NCBI GenBank assembly: GCA_046290465.1
Contig: JBKAGP010000001.1
Location: 3,936,001-4,000,000, forward strand
Length of the DNA: 64,000 nt
Reading direction: 5' to 3'
Source: Planctomycetota bacterium
GTDB taxonomy: Bacteria; Planctomycetota; UBA1135; UBA2386
Shown here: positions 51,307 to 60,872 of the stretch, one piece after another
How the letters are laid out: each line of letters starts with the position of its first letter
Numbering within the stretch: position 1 is the first letter of the stretch
Notes under the pieces: model-generated
Database searches by the model: none
The model's input: only the letters and a program-made list of their open reading frames with translations
Told to the model about the DNA's origin: nothing
Translations under genes and position numbers: made by a program

Positions 51307-52332
51307 ATGCAACACATCACCGCTACAGCTACGCTGTGGTCGCTCATAACGGCATCTGCGACCGCACTTGCCCAGAGCCCCATCGTCTACAACGCAGCGC
51401 GCGGCACACTTCCATCCGCGCAGTGCTTCCAAGTCCTGGGCGACCCGTCTCTGATGAGCTTGTCCGCCGGAGAGCTTCGAATCGAAACCGGCCCGAACAG
51501 CGATCAAAGCTACTTCCAACGCAACGACTTCGTGATCGACTTCGATGCAGGATTCGAAGCGTCCGCAGCCATCCGAATCGCGCGATCGACCGAGCTGACG
51601 CTCCCCGGTGGGCAGATCCGCTACGGGGTGCAGATGCAAGCGGTCGACGAGGATGGCAGCGTGTTCGTGGCGATGTTCAGCGAGAACACTGTGGCGATCT
51701 TGACGAGCCCTAACGACCCGGTAACTACAGCCAACACGACTACTGCTCCGGTTCCCCTGGTCGACCGATCGGTTGCAGTGAGAATGACTGCGGATTCGAC
51801 AACGCTACGCGTCTTCATCGACGGCGTGATCGTTGCGAGTCATCCCAAGGGTCCAGATTTCCCGGCCTTTGGGCGGCAGTTCTACTTCGGCGATGGCACG
51901 CTGTCGGGCTCGGCTGACGTGCACATCAGTCAACTCCGCGCAAGCGGCAACACTCCGTCCTGCACTCCGACGAGCGTCGCGCACGTCGCCTCCGGCTGCA
52001 CCGGCCTTGGAACCCTTGCCGTCTCCGGCCTCCTGCAACCGGGCCAGTCGTCGACGCAGACTTTCACGGTCCCGGGAACTGCATCCGATGGCATCCCGCT
52101 CATCTTCCTCGGGCCCTACGCAATGCAAACGCCGTACTGCTCCGGTTGCCGCTTCGGGTTCGACCCGATGACGGCTCTGGTAAGCCTCGGCGAGAACCTC
52201 AGCGTCACGTTTCCCGCTGCGGTGACCGGTCTTCCATACGCATTCCAGGGCGTACGGATCCTGGGCTCTCCAGGGCCATGCTCAACTCCTCTGGTGCACC
52301 AGGTGACAGATGTTTGCGTCGTGACACTATGA
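51307..52332 (+). CDS. Secreted beta-sandwich (lectin/ConA-like) protein with divergent shared C-terminal domain
   Basis: Signal peptide ending ATALA-Q; VFIDG and FYFGD strands; C-terminal SGC...QPG...FQG. Confidence 0.78.
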   Translation: MQHITATATLWSLITASATALAQSPIVYNAARGTLPSAQCFQVLGDPSLMSLSAGELRIETGPNSDQSYFQRNDFVIDFDAGFEASAAIRIARSTELTLPGGQIRYGVQMQAVDEDGSVFVAMFSENTVAILTSPNDPVTTANTTTAPVPLVDRSVAVRMTADSTTLRVFIDGVIVASHPKGPDFPAFGRQFYFGDGTLSGSADVHISQLRASGNTPSCTPTSVAHVASGCTGLGTLAVSGLLQPGQSSTQTFTVPGTASDGIPLIFLGPYAMQTPYCSGCRFGFDPMTALVSLGENLSVTFPAAVTGLPYAFQGVRILGSPGPCSTPLVHQVTDVCVVTL

Positions 52333-52783
52333 TGTCGAGGCGGCCGACGCGCTCCTTCTGCGGGCCGCGTGGCCGACGTCTCTTGAAGCGAAACGCGATC
52401 GAGTATCCGGATACCACGCAACTGCATGGCCTCGCCAACGCAGCCGAAGCAGACCGACGTGCAGCTGGTGATGCATCGACTCGACGCGCTGGAGCGCGAG
52501 TCCGCGAACTGCGCCAGCAGCCCACGGACGGAAGTGACAGACGAGGCGCTCCCGCCTACCAGCCAATGTCCACGTCGGTGTTGCCGCCGCCGTGCACGAT
52601 GCGCAGCCACAGGTCGTTGCCGTTCACCGCGTAGCCGGTCGTCGCCAACGATAGCCGTCGACCTCGAACGCGTAGTCAACCGACACCGACCGATAGCCCG
52701 CGAACGGCGGCGCCATCGGAGGCGCTCGAAACTGCGTATTGCGAGCGTCGGCTCGCCGCCTTCTCGACAGCAAGGCCGACGCC

Positions 52784-53527
52784 TCAGCCCCCTTGTGTGT
52801 GACTGGTCATCGCCGAGAGTACCATCTCGAACAGCTCCTGCGGCCTATTTGTGGCCCCCCATCCACCTCGCTCCTTCGCCTCACGCTTGTGCTCCGGTGC
52901 ATTCGACCCGGAGTAGATAACGAAGGGCGGGTAGGATCCACGTGCCTTCAGAGCCTCAAGGAGCGTGTAGCCCGCGCTGGAATCCGGCGGTCGCCCCATG
53001 TCCGAGATGATCGCATCGAATGAATCGTGCTCTAACCTATTTAGAGCGTCTTCGGTGGACGTACTGAGGGTGAATCGGATTCCCAATGCCTCAAGGGCCC
53101 TACGCTCGTAGGTATTGTTCGGCGGCCGGTCATCGACCCAGAGAATCGATTTCCCGCGAAGACGATGATCTCGCGAGGCTGTCGTGACGGATTCTGCGAT
53201 CTTACGGGTTCGCCTCTCACGCAAGTCCTCGCCGGGTTCGCCGGCTGGATGAGCGCCTTCGGCGACTCCGAGAGCCGCAGCAGCTTCGACCTGTTTGATC
53301 GTGATGCCATCCTTGTTGAGCGCGAACTCGGTCATGCGATGCCCGAAGAGAGCGAACAGCGCCAGACCACTTAGGAGAACTTGCATCCAGGAGATGAGCG
53401 ACTCCCGCCGCATCGAAGCGCCGTACAGGGCATCAGCAACAACTAGCGCGCCAATACAGGCAGCAGCTGTATACCCAGCTCTAGCAGAGTGCATATCTGA
53501 ACCCCAACAAGTCACATCCTCATTCAA
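52784..53527 (-). CDS. Membrane-anchored response-regulator receiver protein
   Basis: Two TM helices followed by REC (ILWVDD, IISDMGR, IYSG); no output domain; start may be at 53494. Confidence 0.82.
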   Translation of the reverse strand: MNEDVTCWGSDMHSARAGYTAAACIGALVVADALYGASMRRESLISWMQVLLSGLALFALFGHRMTEFALNKDGITIKQVEAAAALGVAEGAHPAGEPGEDLRERRTRKIAESVTTASRDHRLRGKSILWVDDRPPNNTYERRALEALGIRFTLSTSTEDALNRLEHDSFDAIISDMGRPPDSSAGYTLLEALKARGSYPPFVIYSGSNAPEHKREAKERGGWGATNRPQELFEMVLSAMTSHTQGG

Positions 53528-53839
53528 AGCCTGAGCAAGTCACGATGCGTGCCGTGCTGCCAAGCGACATGTTCCGACATCCTGCACGACGAAATGCGTG
53601 GCTCGCCTCGCACCCTCGCCGGGCCTTTGGGAAGTAGGGCAAGCGCCGAGTGGCAGAGCCAGCCGCCGCCTCGGAACACGACTAGGAAAAGCACGCGGAT
53701 ACGAGAACACAACCTGCGCGCCGTGTAGCGGCACCCGTAGATGAGGCGGTGAGCATAGGAGAGCGACTCTCGGGAGCCGAGGGATCTCGGCGGACAGTAG
53801 CCGGCATAACCGATGTCGGCAAGCACCACCATAGCGCCG

Positions 53840-54334
53840 CTATCGAGCGAGTGCCGCAGCCAGGACGACCGCGATAAACCCTATGCCCCCCAGCACGTAA
53901 ACCCACACGCCCAGCTTCTTCGCGACGTCGTCGAGGAAGTCGGCGTACGCAAGCGCGCTGTCGAAGTGCCGCTTCTTGCCAGATCCCAAGCCTCTTTGCC
54001 GGTCCCGCCAGAACTGCGTCTGGGCCCACCCCGTCACGAGAGTGATCAAGACGGCACAGACGATCGCCAGCGCAAGTGCGGCAAGCCCCACGATGTCGAG
54101 CAGGAAGCCAACACCGCCTTCGACGTCGATCTTTCGCGAGAACGCCATGAGCAAGGCCGCAAGGATCGCCACCGACTTGCAGCTCTCGAGGCGCTTGCTG
54201 AGCCCCTTCTCGTGGAGATCGAGGTCCAGATCGAGAGTGGGCTCCACCGCCGGGACGTGGGCCGCTTCGAGCGCCCTAACGCGTTCTTCGAGATCCCTGA
54301 TGCGCCGCTCGTCACCCTCGGACTGGTTACTCAT
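53840..54334 (-). CDS. Hypothetical membrane protein (about 3 TM)
   Basis: Hydrophobic helices; N-terminal coiled coil. Confidence 0.7.
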   Translation of the reverse strand: MSNQSEGDERRIRDLEERVRALEAAHVPAVEPTLDLDLDLHEKGLSKRLESCKSVAILAALLMAFSRKIDVEGGVGFLLDIVGLAALALAIVCAVLITLVTGWAQTQFWRDRQRGLGSGKKRHFDSALAYADFLDDVAKKLGVWVYVLGGIGFIAVVLAAALAR

Positions 54335-54649
54335 ACTCTGTGTCTCCCATGCAGGCTGCAGGCGCCGCTAGTGATCGCCCGACGCAACCGGATTGGCGCG
54401 TTCGGCAAACATGCACTTATCAGGCCACACGACCCCCGCAGACAACATCTTGCAACGCTTCTCGGGCCGCTGACCATGAGCTGAACGGGCACTCACAAGA
54501 GAGAACGCGGCCGGGCGTCTGGAGGCGACACCGAATCAGAGGAGATTCGAGACCTGTTGAAGCCGGGCGACACGGGCGTCATGCCTCGGGTATTCGCCTA
54601 GGTAGCTTCCCGGTCAGAGTTGCGAAGCCCATCAGTCGAAGGTGACACC

Positions 54650-54907
54650 ATGAAGGCCGTGACCAAAGAGCAGGCTCGTGAGTTGCTGAAGTCGCTTGGG
54701 CTGCGGCCGACCAGCACGCAGGAGCGCATTGTGATCGCCTGGCACGAGCGTGTTGCGAGCGATCTCCAGGCTTGCCTCGCCAACCTAGAAGCCCTCACGC
54801 AGGCGCACGTGGCCATGATCGACCGAGCACTAGACGCCGACTCGAATCCTGGTCGGCAGGGCCGACTGATGGGTGGGGCACCTAGCAGGTGTCCCCCATC
54901 TTCCTAA
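54650..54907 (+). CDS. Small hypothetical protein
   Basis: RBS GAAGGTG; helical N-terminal 60 aa; C-terminus looks degraded. Confidence 0.45.
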   Translation: MKAVTKEQARELLKSLGLRPTSTQERIVIAWHERVASDLQACLANLEALTQAHVAMIDRALDADSNPGRQGRLMGGAPSRCPPSS

Positions 54908-54990
54908 GGCCGCCAAGGGTACAGCGCCTTCGGCGGTGGCACCGACGAAGCCCGATGGCCCACGAGCAGCGCCGGCGCATCGGATTGCTT

Positions 54991-55494
54991 TCACCAAGGG
55001 CGCTGCCGCGATCTCGGGACCTGCTTGGTGTCTGCGCCCTTGGCGATGCGCTGAGCAGTGGCCAACTCGAGACGGTAGCGCGCTGCGACGGTTGCTGGTT
55101 TGACCTTGCGCACGCACAACAGCCAGACGACATGCGGATGCGCGGCGATGATCGAGCCGACCCTGCTAGCACGGAGGCCAACAGCCGCGCCGATCTCGGC
55201 GCGAGTCAAGCCGTCCTCTGCCAGCTCGAGGATGCGGTTGTCGCGTTCGCTGTGGTCTACGCGGATCGGTGGGGACGGGCGCTTGCGCTTGAGCCCCCGC
55301 GTCGCCCGCTGGACGACACTCATGGATCGACCTGTCGACTCCACGATGTCCGCGAGCTTCATGCCTGCACGGAACAGCTCCCGAATGCGCTCACGCTCCT
55401 CGGCTGAGACGTTGGCGGAGCCCTTGGGTCGAGTCACGCGATCAGCTGACGTTTCGTCTGCGGGTTGGTTAGGCGTGATCGTCCAGGCGAGCAC
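54991..55494 (-). CDS. Tandem HTH protein (start uncertain, possibly degraded)
   Basis: RIRELFRAGMKLADIVESTGRS and RDNRILELAEDGLTRAEIGAAVGL HTH motifs. Confidence 0.55.
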   Translation of the reverse strand: MLAWTITPNQPADETSADRVTRPKGSANVSAEERERIRELFRAGMKLADIVESTGRSMSVVQRATRGLKRKRPSPPIRVDHSERDNRILELAEDGLTRAEIGAAVGLRASRVGSIIAAHPHVVWLLCVRKVKPATVAARYRLELATAQRIAKGADTKQVPRSRQRPW

Positions 55495-55801
55495 TTGGAC
55501 CGTTCTGCTTCACGGACGCGATCCCGTTCTCCATCGCCGCATCGCCGCTGTACATCTCGCTCTTGCCGATGATCTCGCCGTTGCCCGCCTTCAGGACGAA
55601 GTAGGGGCTGCCGGCAGATGACGTGCGTCGGTCGTAGCGTTCATCGAGCGGCGAGTTGGTTCGCACGGACTCGATGCCGTTCTCCGCACTCGCCTTCTGC
55701 TTGTACCGCTCGCTGGTGAGGATGATCTCACCGTTCGCGGCCTTCAGGTTGAACATGAACTGACCATCGCTGGTCGGCTTGAGGTCGTACTTGGCAGCCA
55801 T
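55469..55801 (-). CDS. yegP: YegP family (DUF1508 tandem) protein
   Basis: FNLKAANGEIILTSERY...ENGIESV repeated as FVLKAGNGEIIGKSEMY...ENGIASV. Confidence 0.92.
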   Translation of the reverse strand: MAAKYDLKPTSDGQFMFNLKAANGEIILTSERYKQKASAENGIESVRTNSPLDERYDRRTSSAGSPYFVLKAGNGEIIGKSEMYSGDAAMENGIASVKQNGPSARLDDHA

Positions 55802-56045
55802 CGCCCCAGATTGCCACCGGGAATCATGTCCTGCAACTTGCATCGGCGTGGTCGACGCCTCGATCCGCGCTACGCCTGGCGCCGTCCGCCTGTCAAGGAC
55901 CGCCTGATCGGAGCCACCCCAGTTCGGCCATTCGGAGCCACCTCTCGAAGCCGGATTCGGACTGGCACAGGCGACGTTTCGGGATTGGCACAGAAGCCTG
56001 ATCGCGTTCGGCAGGAATCACGCCCAGTTCGGCCAAACGGAGCCA

Positions 56046-56780
56046 CTACGCGCTCCGCGGCTGGCGGAAAGACCGCCCATCGATGACGACGACGTGGGCA
56101 TGGTGCTGCACGCGGTCCATCGCCGCGCTGGCGAGCAGCTCATCGACGAAGAGCGGCGGCCATTCCTCGAGCGCACGGGTGCTCGTGACGATCATCGCGC
56201 CGCGCTCGTAGCGTTGCCGGATGACCTCGTAGCGGTCGATGGGCTCGTCGTTCTCCAACGGTCGCAGCCCGAGATCGTCGATGATCAGCAGGTCGGGGCT
56301 CGCAAACTTGGCGAGGCATCGGTCGTAGCTGCCGTCGGCTCGCGACGCGCGCAGCTTGGTCAGCATCTCGTGCGCGGCGACGTAGAGCACCGAGTAGCCA
56401 GCGCGACACGCGCGGTGACCGAGCGCCTGCGCGAGGTGCGACTTGCCGACGCCGGTCGGGCCGACGAGCAGCACGTTCTCGTGTCGCTCGACGAAATGGC
56501 ACGTCGCCAGGTCCACGATCTTGGCCTTGGGGATCTGCGGGTTGTAGGCGAAGTCGAAGTCTTCGATCGTTCGCTGGCAGTCGAAGGCGGCGCGGCGAAG
56601 GCGCAGGTGAAGCTGCTTGGCCTCGCGCCGCTCGACCTCGTCGTTGAGCACGCGAAACAGGAAGTCGCGGTTGCTCAGGTTGTCGTCACTCGCTTGCCGC
56701 TCGCGGAGTTCCATCGTCTCGAGGACGCCAGAGAGTCGGAGCTTCTTCAGCACGCTGGTCAGGTCTTGGATCGTGGTCAT
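56046..56780 (-). CDS. istB: IS21 helper ATPase IstB
   Basis: GPTGVGKSHLA Walker A; LLIIDDLG Walker B. Confidence 0.95.
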   Translation of the reverse strand: MTTIQDLTSVLKKLRLSGVLETMELRERQASDDNLSNRDFLFRVLNDEVERREAKQLHLRLRRAAFDCQRTIEDFDFAYNPQIPKAKIVDLATCHFVERHENVLLVGPTGVGKSHLAQALGHRACRAGYSVLYVAAHEMLTKLRASRADGSYDRCLAKFASPDLLIIDDLGLRPLENDEPIDRYEVIRQRYERGAMIVTSTRALEEWPPLFVDELLASAAMDRVQHHAHVVVIDGRSFRQPRSA

Positions 56781-56864
56781 CGGTGGCTCTTGATGGGACA
56801 CGGGAGAAGCGCGGCTTGTTCGACCAGTGGCTGGCAAGACGATCGCCATCGCCGGGGATCGGGA

Positions 56865-58343
56865 TCAGGTCGAGGCCGCGCCGGAGGATGTCTTTGATCC
56901 CGGCGTGGACTGGTTGCCGTAGTGCATGGCCCGGATGCACGCCGCGTTGGCGCGCTCGACGGGGAATCGCTGCAAGTGCGTGACGACCGCCTGGACCTGG
57001 CGCAGCTTGTGGAGCACGTCGTCCGAATCGAAGATCGCCGCCACGTAGTCGCCGACGGGCTTGCCGATCTCGTAGGCCAGGGACTGCCAGTGATCGCGGC
57101 TTCGGTGCCGCAGCGCGGACCGCTGGTCGGGCAGGTGCGATTCGATCGTCGCACGCTTGCCGCGCGACACGCGATCGTGCGTGCAGACGTGCTTATCGTC
57201 GTGGTAGAGCGTGACCGCGAAACGCGTCAAACGCAGCTCTACGTGCTCCCCGACGAGGTTCCAGGGCGCCGAGTAGAACTCGCCGCGGCACACGACGTGG
57301 CAGTCGCGATGCACCTTGGCGCGGTGCCATGCGACCAGTTGCATGCGCTCACGCGGCAGCGGCAGCAGCGCGTCTTTCTCGCGCTGGGCGAAGACGTCGG
57401 CAGGTCGCTGGTCCGTCGTGCCGTGACGTCGTTGGCCGGCGATGTCGATCAGCCATCGATGCATGCCGACGCGCGCGTCGCGGACGTCTTCGGGCGCGTG
57501 CGCTTTGAAGTAGTTGGACTTCACGTAGCGCACCGACGACTCGACCTTGCCCTTCTTCTCCGGGCTGCGTGGCGGCGTCGGGTCGACGACGAAGCCGTAG
57601 TGGCGCGCGAGCTCGCGGTAGCTGCGGTTGAGCGTGACCTCGTCGTCGACGCCGAAGGCAGCGCGGACGACCGCCGCCTTCAGGTTGTCGGGCACGATCG
57701 TCTTCGGCACGCCGCCGAGTTCTTCGAAGCACTCGATGTGCAAGCGCAGCCACGTCTCGACCTTCTGGTCAAAGGCGAGGCGCGCGACCATGTGCCGGCT
57801 GTGGCCGAGCGTCATCACGAAGACCCACGCCTTCTTTTCCTTGCCCGACTCGGGGTCGTAGAGCTTGCCGACGTAGCCGAAGTCGACTTGCGCGACGTCG
57901 CCGACCGCCGTCTCGACGGGCATCGTCACCTCGCCTGGCTGCACGCCGCGTTCGCGGCGCAGGGCCGCGCAGCGGCGCTTGATCGCCGACAGGCTGCCCG
58001 CGAAGTCCGAGTGCTCGAGCCGAAGGAAGTCGAAGATCGCCGTCGGCGGCACGCCTTCGCCGGACTTTGCATCGACGATCGGCAGCCATCGTTCGATCGA
58101 TGACTTCTGCTGCGGCGGCGTGCTCGGCGGCGCGTGTTCGTCGACCGCGGCGCGAAGCTCCTCGATGGCTGGTAGGTCTCTCGGGTCGCCGCTCAGCAGG
58201 CCGGCCGCCGACAGCGCCTTCGTGTAGCGGGCGATCGTGTTGCGCCCCATCTTCAGAAGGCGGGCCGCCGTGCGGCCGGGGACGCCTTCGCGGTGGAGTC
58301 GGACGAGATCTTGTAGACAATGCATGCTGAGCCTCCTGCCCAT
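56865..58343 (-). CDS. istA: IS21 DDE transposase IstA, with an apparent 1-nt deletion near the C-terminus
   Basis: AQVDFG, FEELGGVP, PDNLKAAV, KGKVESSVRYVK, HGTT; the C-terminal motif continues in another frame as AGIKDILRRGLD. Confidence 0.92.
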   Translation of the reverse strand: MGRRLSMHCLQDLVRLHREGVPGRTAARLLKMGRNTIARYTKALSAAGLLSGDPRDLPAIEELRAAVDEHAPPSTPPQQKSSIERWLPIVDAKSGEGVPPTAIFDFLRLEHSDFAGSLSAIKRRCAALRRERGVQPGEVTMPVETAVGDVAQVDFGYVGKLYDPESGKEKKAWVFVMTLGHSRHMVARLAFDQKVETWLRLHIECFEELGGVPKTIVPDNLKAAVVRAAFGVDDEVTLNRSYRELARHYGFVVDPTPPRSPEKKGKVESSVRYVKSNYFKAHAPEDVRDARVGMHRWLIDIAGQRRHGTTDQRPADVFAQREKDALLPLPRERMQLVAWHRAKVHRDCHVVCRGEFYSAPWNLVGEHVELRLTRFAVTLYHDDKHVCTHDRVSRGKRATIESHLPDQRSALRHRSRDHWQSLAYEIGKPVGDYVAAIFDSDDVLHKLRQVQAVVTHLQRFPVERANAACIRAMHYGNQSTPGSKTSSGAAST

Positions 58344-58595
58344 CTGGTTCCTCGAGGGGGTAAGTGATTCCTCGAAGATCCCGGGTGGCAGGGGGCTCAC
58401 CCAGTTCCAGACTCGCTTCCGGCTCAACCCGTCACAGGTGGCTCCGCTTGGCCGAACCGGAGTGGCTCCGTTCTGCCGAACTGGCCTGGCTCCGTTTGGC
58501 CGAACTGGCGGTGGCTCCGCTTGGGCGAACCGGAGTGGCTCTCATAGGGCGGTCTGTGACACCGCCAAGGTGTCACCAGCCTCCCAGCTGCACAG

Positions 58596-60278
58596 CTATG
58601 AGCCGGCCTTCCGCGTGGACTTGCGTGGCTTCCTAGAGGCGCGCTTCGGCTTCGCGGCCACCTGGAGAGACTGAGACAGAGATTCTCGGTGTTCCGTAGT
58701 CAGATATCCCGCGGTGTGAAACCGCTGCAGGACGCTCGGATCGATACTGCCACCCATTTTGATGAACGCATCGAGTCTCTGATGCAGATTGCGCTGCAGC
58801 ACGCCGGAAAGCCGCGTCAACGTTGCAAGCAGGTGCTGCTGATGCGACACAATGAGCCCCCCAACTTCATATGCTTTCCGAACCCTAGCGCCGATCGTCA
58901 GCATGTCGCGCATACCCTTAACGATAGCGTCAATGAACATTGTCTGATTCGAGTATATCTTGGGCACCGCGAACGGGAGGTCGCCCTGCTCGAGCCTCGT
59001 ATTTTTCGGAATTGCGTCGTATATTTTCTGGATCTCGCGATAGAACGAAACGTTGCGCAAACCCGAAGTCGCCCAACCAATAAACGTCATGATCGCGGCG
59101 CTGCTTAGCGACACTGAGACGATAAATATAAGAGCACTCTTCAGAAGGTCGACGAGGAAGCCGTCATACTGCTTCTTGAAGCTTTGAGCGAACGGGAACT
59201 CATCCAGCGGGAAGTCCTTTGCGCCAACATCCAACTCCGTTCGCATCTGAGTCTTTGCGCGATCGAGAGCATCCAGCAGCGCCATCGTAGCTGACTTGGG
59301 CACGTCCTTCGAGGCGATCAAGAAAGCATAACTTCCCAAAGTCGTGACGTTCGCGCCACCGTCGTAGACGTTCTTAAAGCTGGTACTCCGGAGTCGCAAT
59401 GTATACTTCCGATTGATCTCCGGTATAATCGGAGGATCGATCGACATGAGCGCGAACTTCCTCTCACCGCTTACGCCATCGCGCTCGGCAAGCTTCTTAG
59501 TAACCTCGGGCAGGGGCGCACCAGCAATCGTGAACACGACGGATGGCCCATCGGCTGTCCCAAGCGAGTTCAGAGCCTCTTTGAAGTCCATCCGGAGATT
59601 GACCCCGGGCGATATGCCGCAATGATCCAACACATACTGGGCGAGCACGCCACTACCGCTGCCGACGGGCCCCATGCTAATAGAATGGCTCCGGAAGAAG
59701 CTCCGTATGGCCTGGGGACGCGGGTCTTCGGAAAGGCCACTGCGCCGAATTACCGGCTTGTGATACTCGACAGCCGACTCGCCGCCGCTTTTCTGGTTGC
59801 CGCCGACTTCACGTAGGTGCTTTTCCCATGCCTCGCGAGAGTAGATGATGTGCATTCGCTCAACATACAAGGGCGTTATATAGGCTATATGATCTCGAAT
59901 GAAATCGCTGGACGCGACGGAGTCCTCCTGCACCAGCCCAAAAGACCTGTTGTATTTCATGACGCGCTTCGCGTTGTCAAGCCCACCTCCTGACGGCTGA
60001 TTGCTGACGGCGATGGGACTCCACCCTGACGTCTCGCGCTGAATAGCCTCCCCCACTCGGATATCAAACCCTCCTTCCGCACCACTGTGGAATTGATAAC
60101 TCTCCTGAGTGATGCCGAGATACAGCTGCGTCAGCAAGTTCTTGTTCGGGTCATATATGTCGACGACATACTTGTAGATCCCAACTGCCATCAGCAAGGC
60201 CAGCGCAAGCATGAGATGGCGCCACCAGGGCCTCTGAGTGGCGAGAGAAGCCAGATCTTGCGCCTTGTCTTGTTCCAT
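58596..60278 (-). CDS. TAXI-family TRAP solute-binding domain protein with flanking TM helices and C-terminal helical extension
   Basis: HSGAEGG, SGGGLDN, FGLVQED, PLYVERMHII, MGPVGSGS motifs; low GC. Confidence 0.8.
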   Translation of the reverse strand: MEQDKAQDLASLATQRPWWRHLMLALALLMAVGIYKYVVDIYDPNKNLLTQLYLGITQESYQFHSGAEGGFDIRVGEAIQRETSGWSPIAVSNQPSGGGLDNAKRVMKYNRSFGLVQEDSVASSDFIRDHIAYITPLYVERMHIIYSREAWEKHLREVGGNQKSGGESAVEYHKPVIRRSGLSEDPRPQAIRSFFRSHSISMGPVGSGSGVLAQYVLDHCGISPGVNLRMDFKEALNSLGTADGPSVVFTIAGAPLPEVTKKLAERDGVSGERKFALMSIDPPIIPEINRKYTLRLRSTSFKNVYDGGANVTTLGSYAFLIASKDVPKSATMALLDALDRAKTQMRTELDVGAKDFPLDEFPFAQSFKKQYDGFLVDLLKSALIFIVSVSLSSAAIMTFIGWATSGLRNVSFYREIQKIYDAIPKNTRLEQGDLPFAVPKIYSNQTMFIDAIVKGMRDMLTIGARVRKAYEVGGLIVSHQQHLLATLTRLSGVLQRNLHQRLDAFIKMGGSIDPSVLQRFHTAGYLTTEHRESLSQSLQVAAKPKRASRKPRKSTRKAGS

Positions 60279-60584
60279 TGCAGCAGTGCTCCGCCTGTGT
60301 GAGTGGTGTGTGGTCGCTCAGGCTAGCCGACAAGTTTTACCGGGCACCAGACACTCGATTAATACGTCACGAGGAGGCGACCAATAAACCCACCAACAGC
60401 CGGCCTATGTGCGGCTTCGCAGAAGAAAGAAGCGTTGGATCCGTGCTTGCGGCCACTCAAAGACGACTGATTCGGTCCGCCGTCCGGAAGCCACGACCGG
60501 CAGCAATCGTCGCGCCAGTCACGACGCCCGAGCGCGCACATTCCAAACGCTGATCCCACCCGTCACCGGACAAGATTTCCCCAG

Positions 60585-60820
60585 CTACTGCGACCCCCGC
60601 GCCCACGAGACGGGGCCAGTCCAACCGGCGTCGGCTTTTGGCCGCTGCGGCGAACGGCCGTCCGAAGTCGGCCCAGACTCGCCAACTCTGCCGTCGGTCG
60701 ATGCCGCGCCCATCGTCATGCTCTCGGCACCAGTGCACTTGCCCTCGCAGCTTCAATGTCGATGAGAGGGCCGCCGGCGACAACAAACACCACTCCATCC
60801 TGGCTGCCTCCCCCATCTTG
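60585..60820 (-). pseudogene. Decayed copy of the 3' end (lamin-tail-like domain) of the endonuclease gene at 62957-64000
   Basis: SCEGKCTGAESMTMGAASTDGRVGESGPTSDGRSPQRPKADAGWTGPVSWARGSQ* is colinear with SYEGTFTGAEGIATGVTSTDIGVSEPGSTPVGQSLQRPTAGAGWIGPAPHTRGSL*; one frameshift upstream. Confidence 0.85.
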
Positions 60821-60872
60821 GCGACGTCGCTGCCGCTTGCGGTCTGGGCAGAAGCTCGGCGCCGCCCCCTGG

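Larger units (their letters stand above)
55891..58561 (-). mobile_element. IS21-family insertion sequence with TGTCA...TGACA ends, subterminal repeats and 5-bp target duplication CCGCC
   Basis: Ends TGTCAAGGACCGCC and GGCGGTCTGTGACA; multiple GGAGCCAC/GTGGCTCC repeats; CCGCC at 55886-55890 and 58562-58566. Confidence 0.95.

Noticed and set aside
52555..52740. 3' remnant of another gene on the minus strand (...GYAVNGNDLWLRIVHGGGNTDVDIGW*)
   Set aside because: Looks protein-like but is frameshifted and cannot be assigned to a family or to any gene in the window
53540..53830. Formylglycine-generating-enzyme domain remnant
   Set aside because: Only a VFRGGGW heptapeptide supports it
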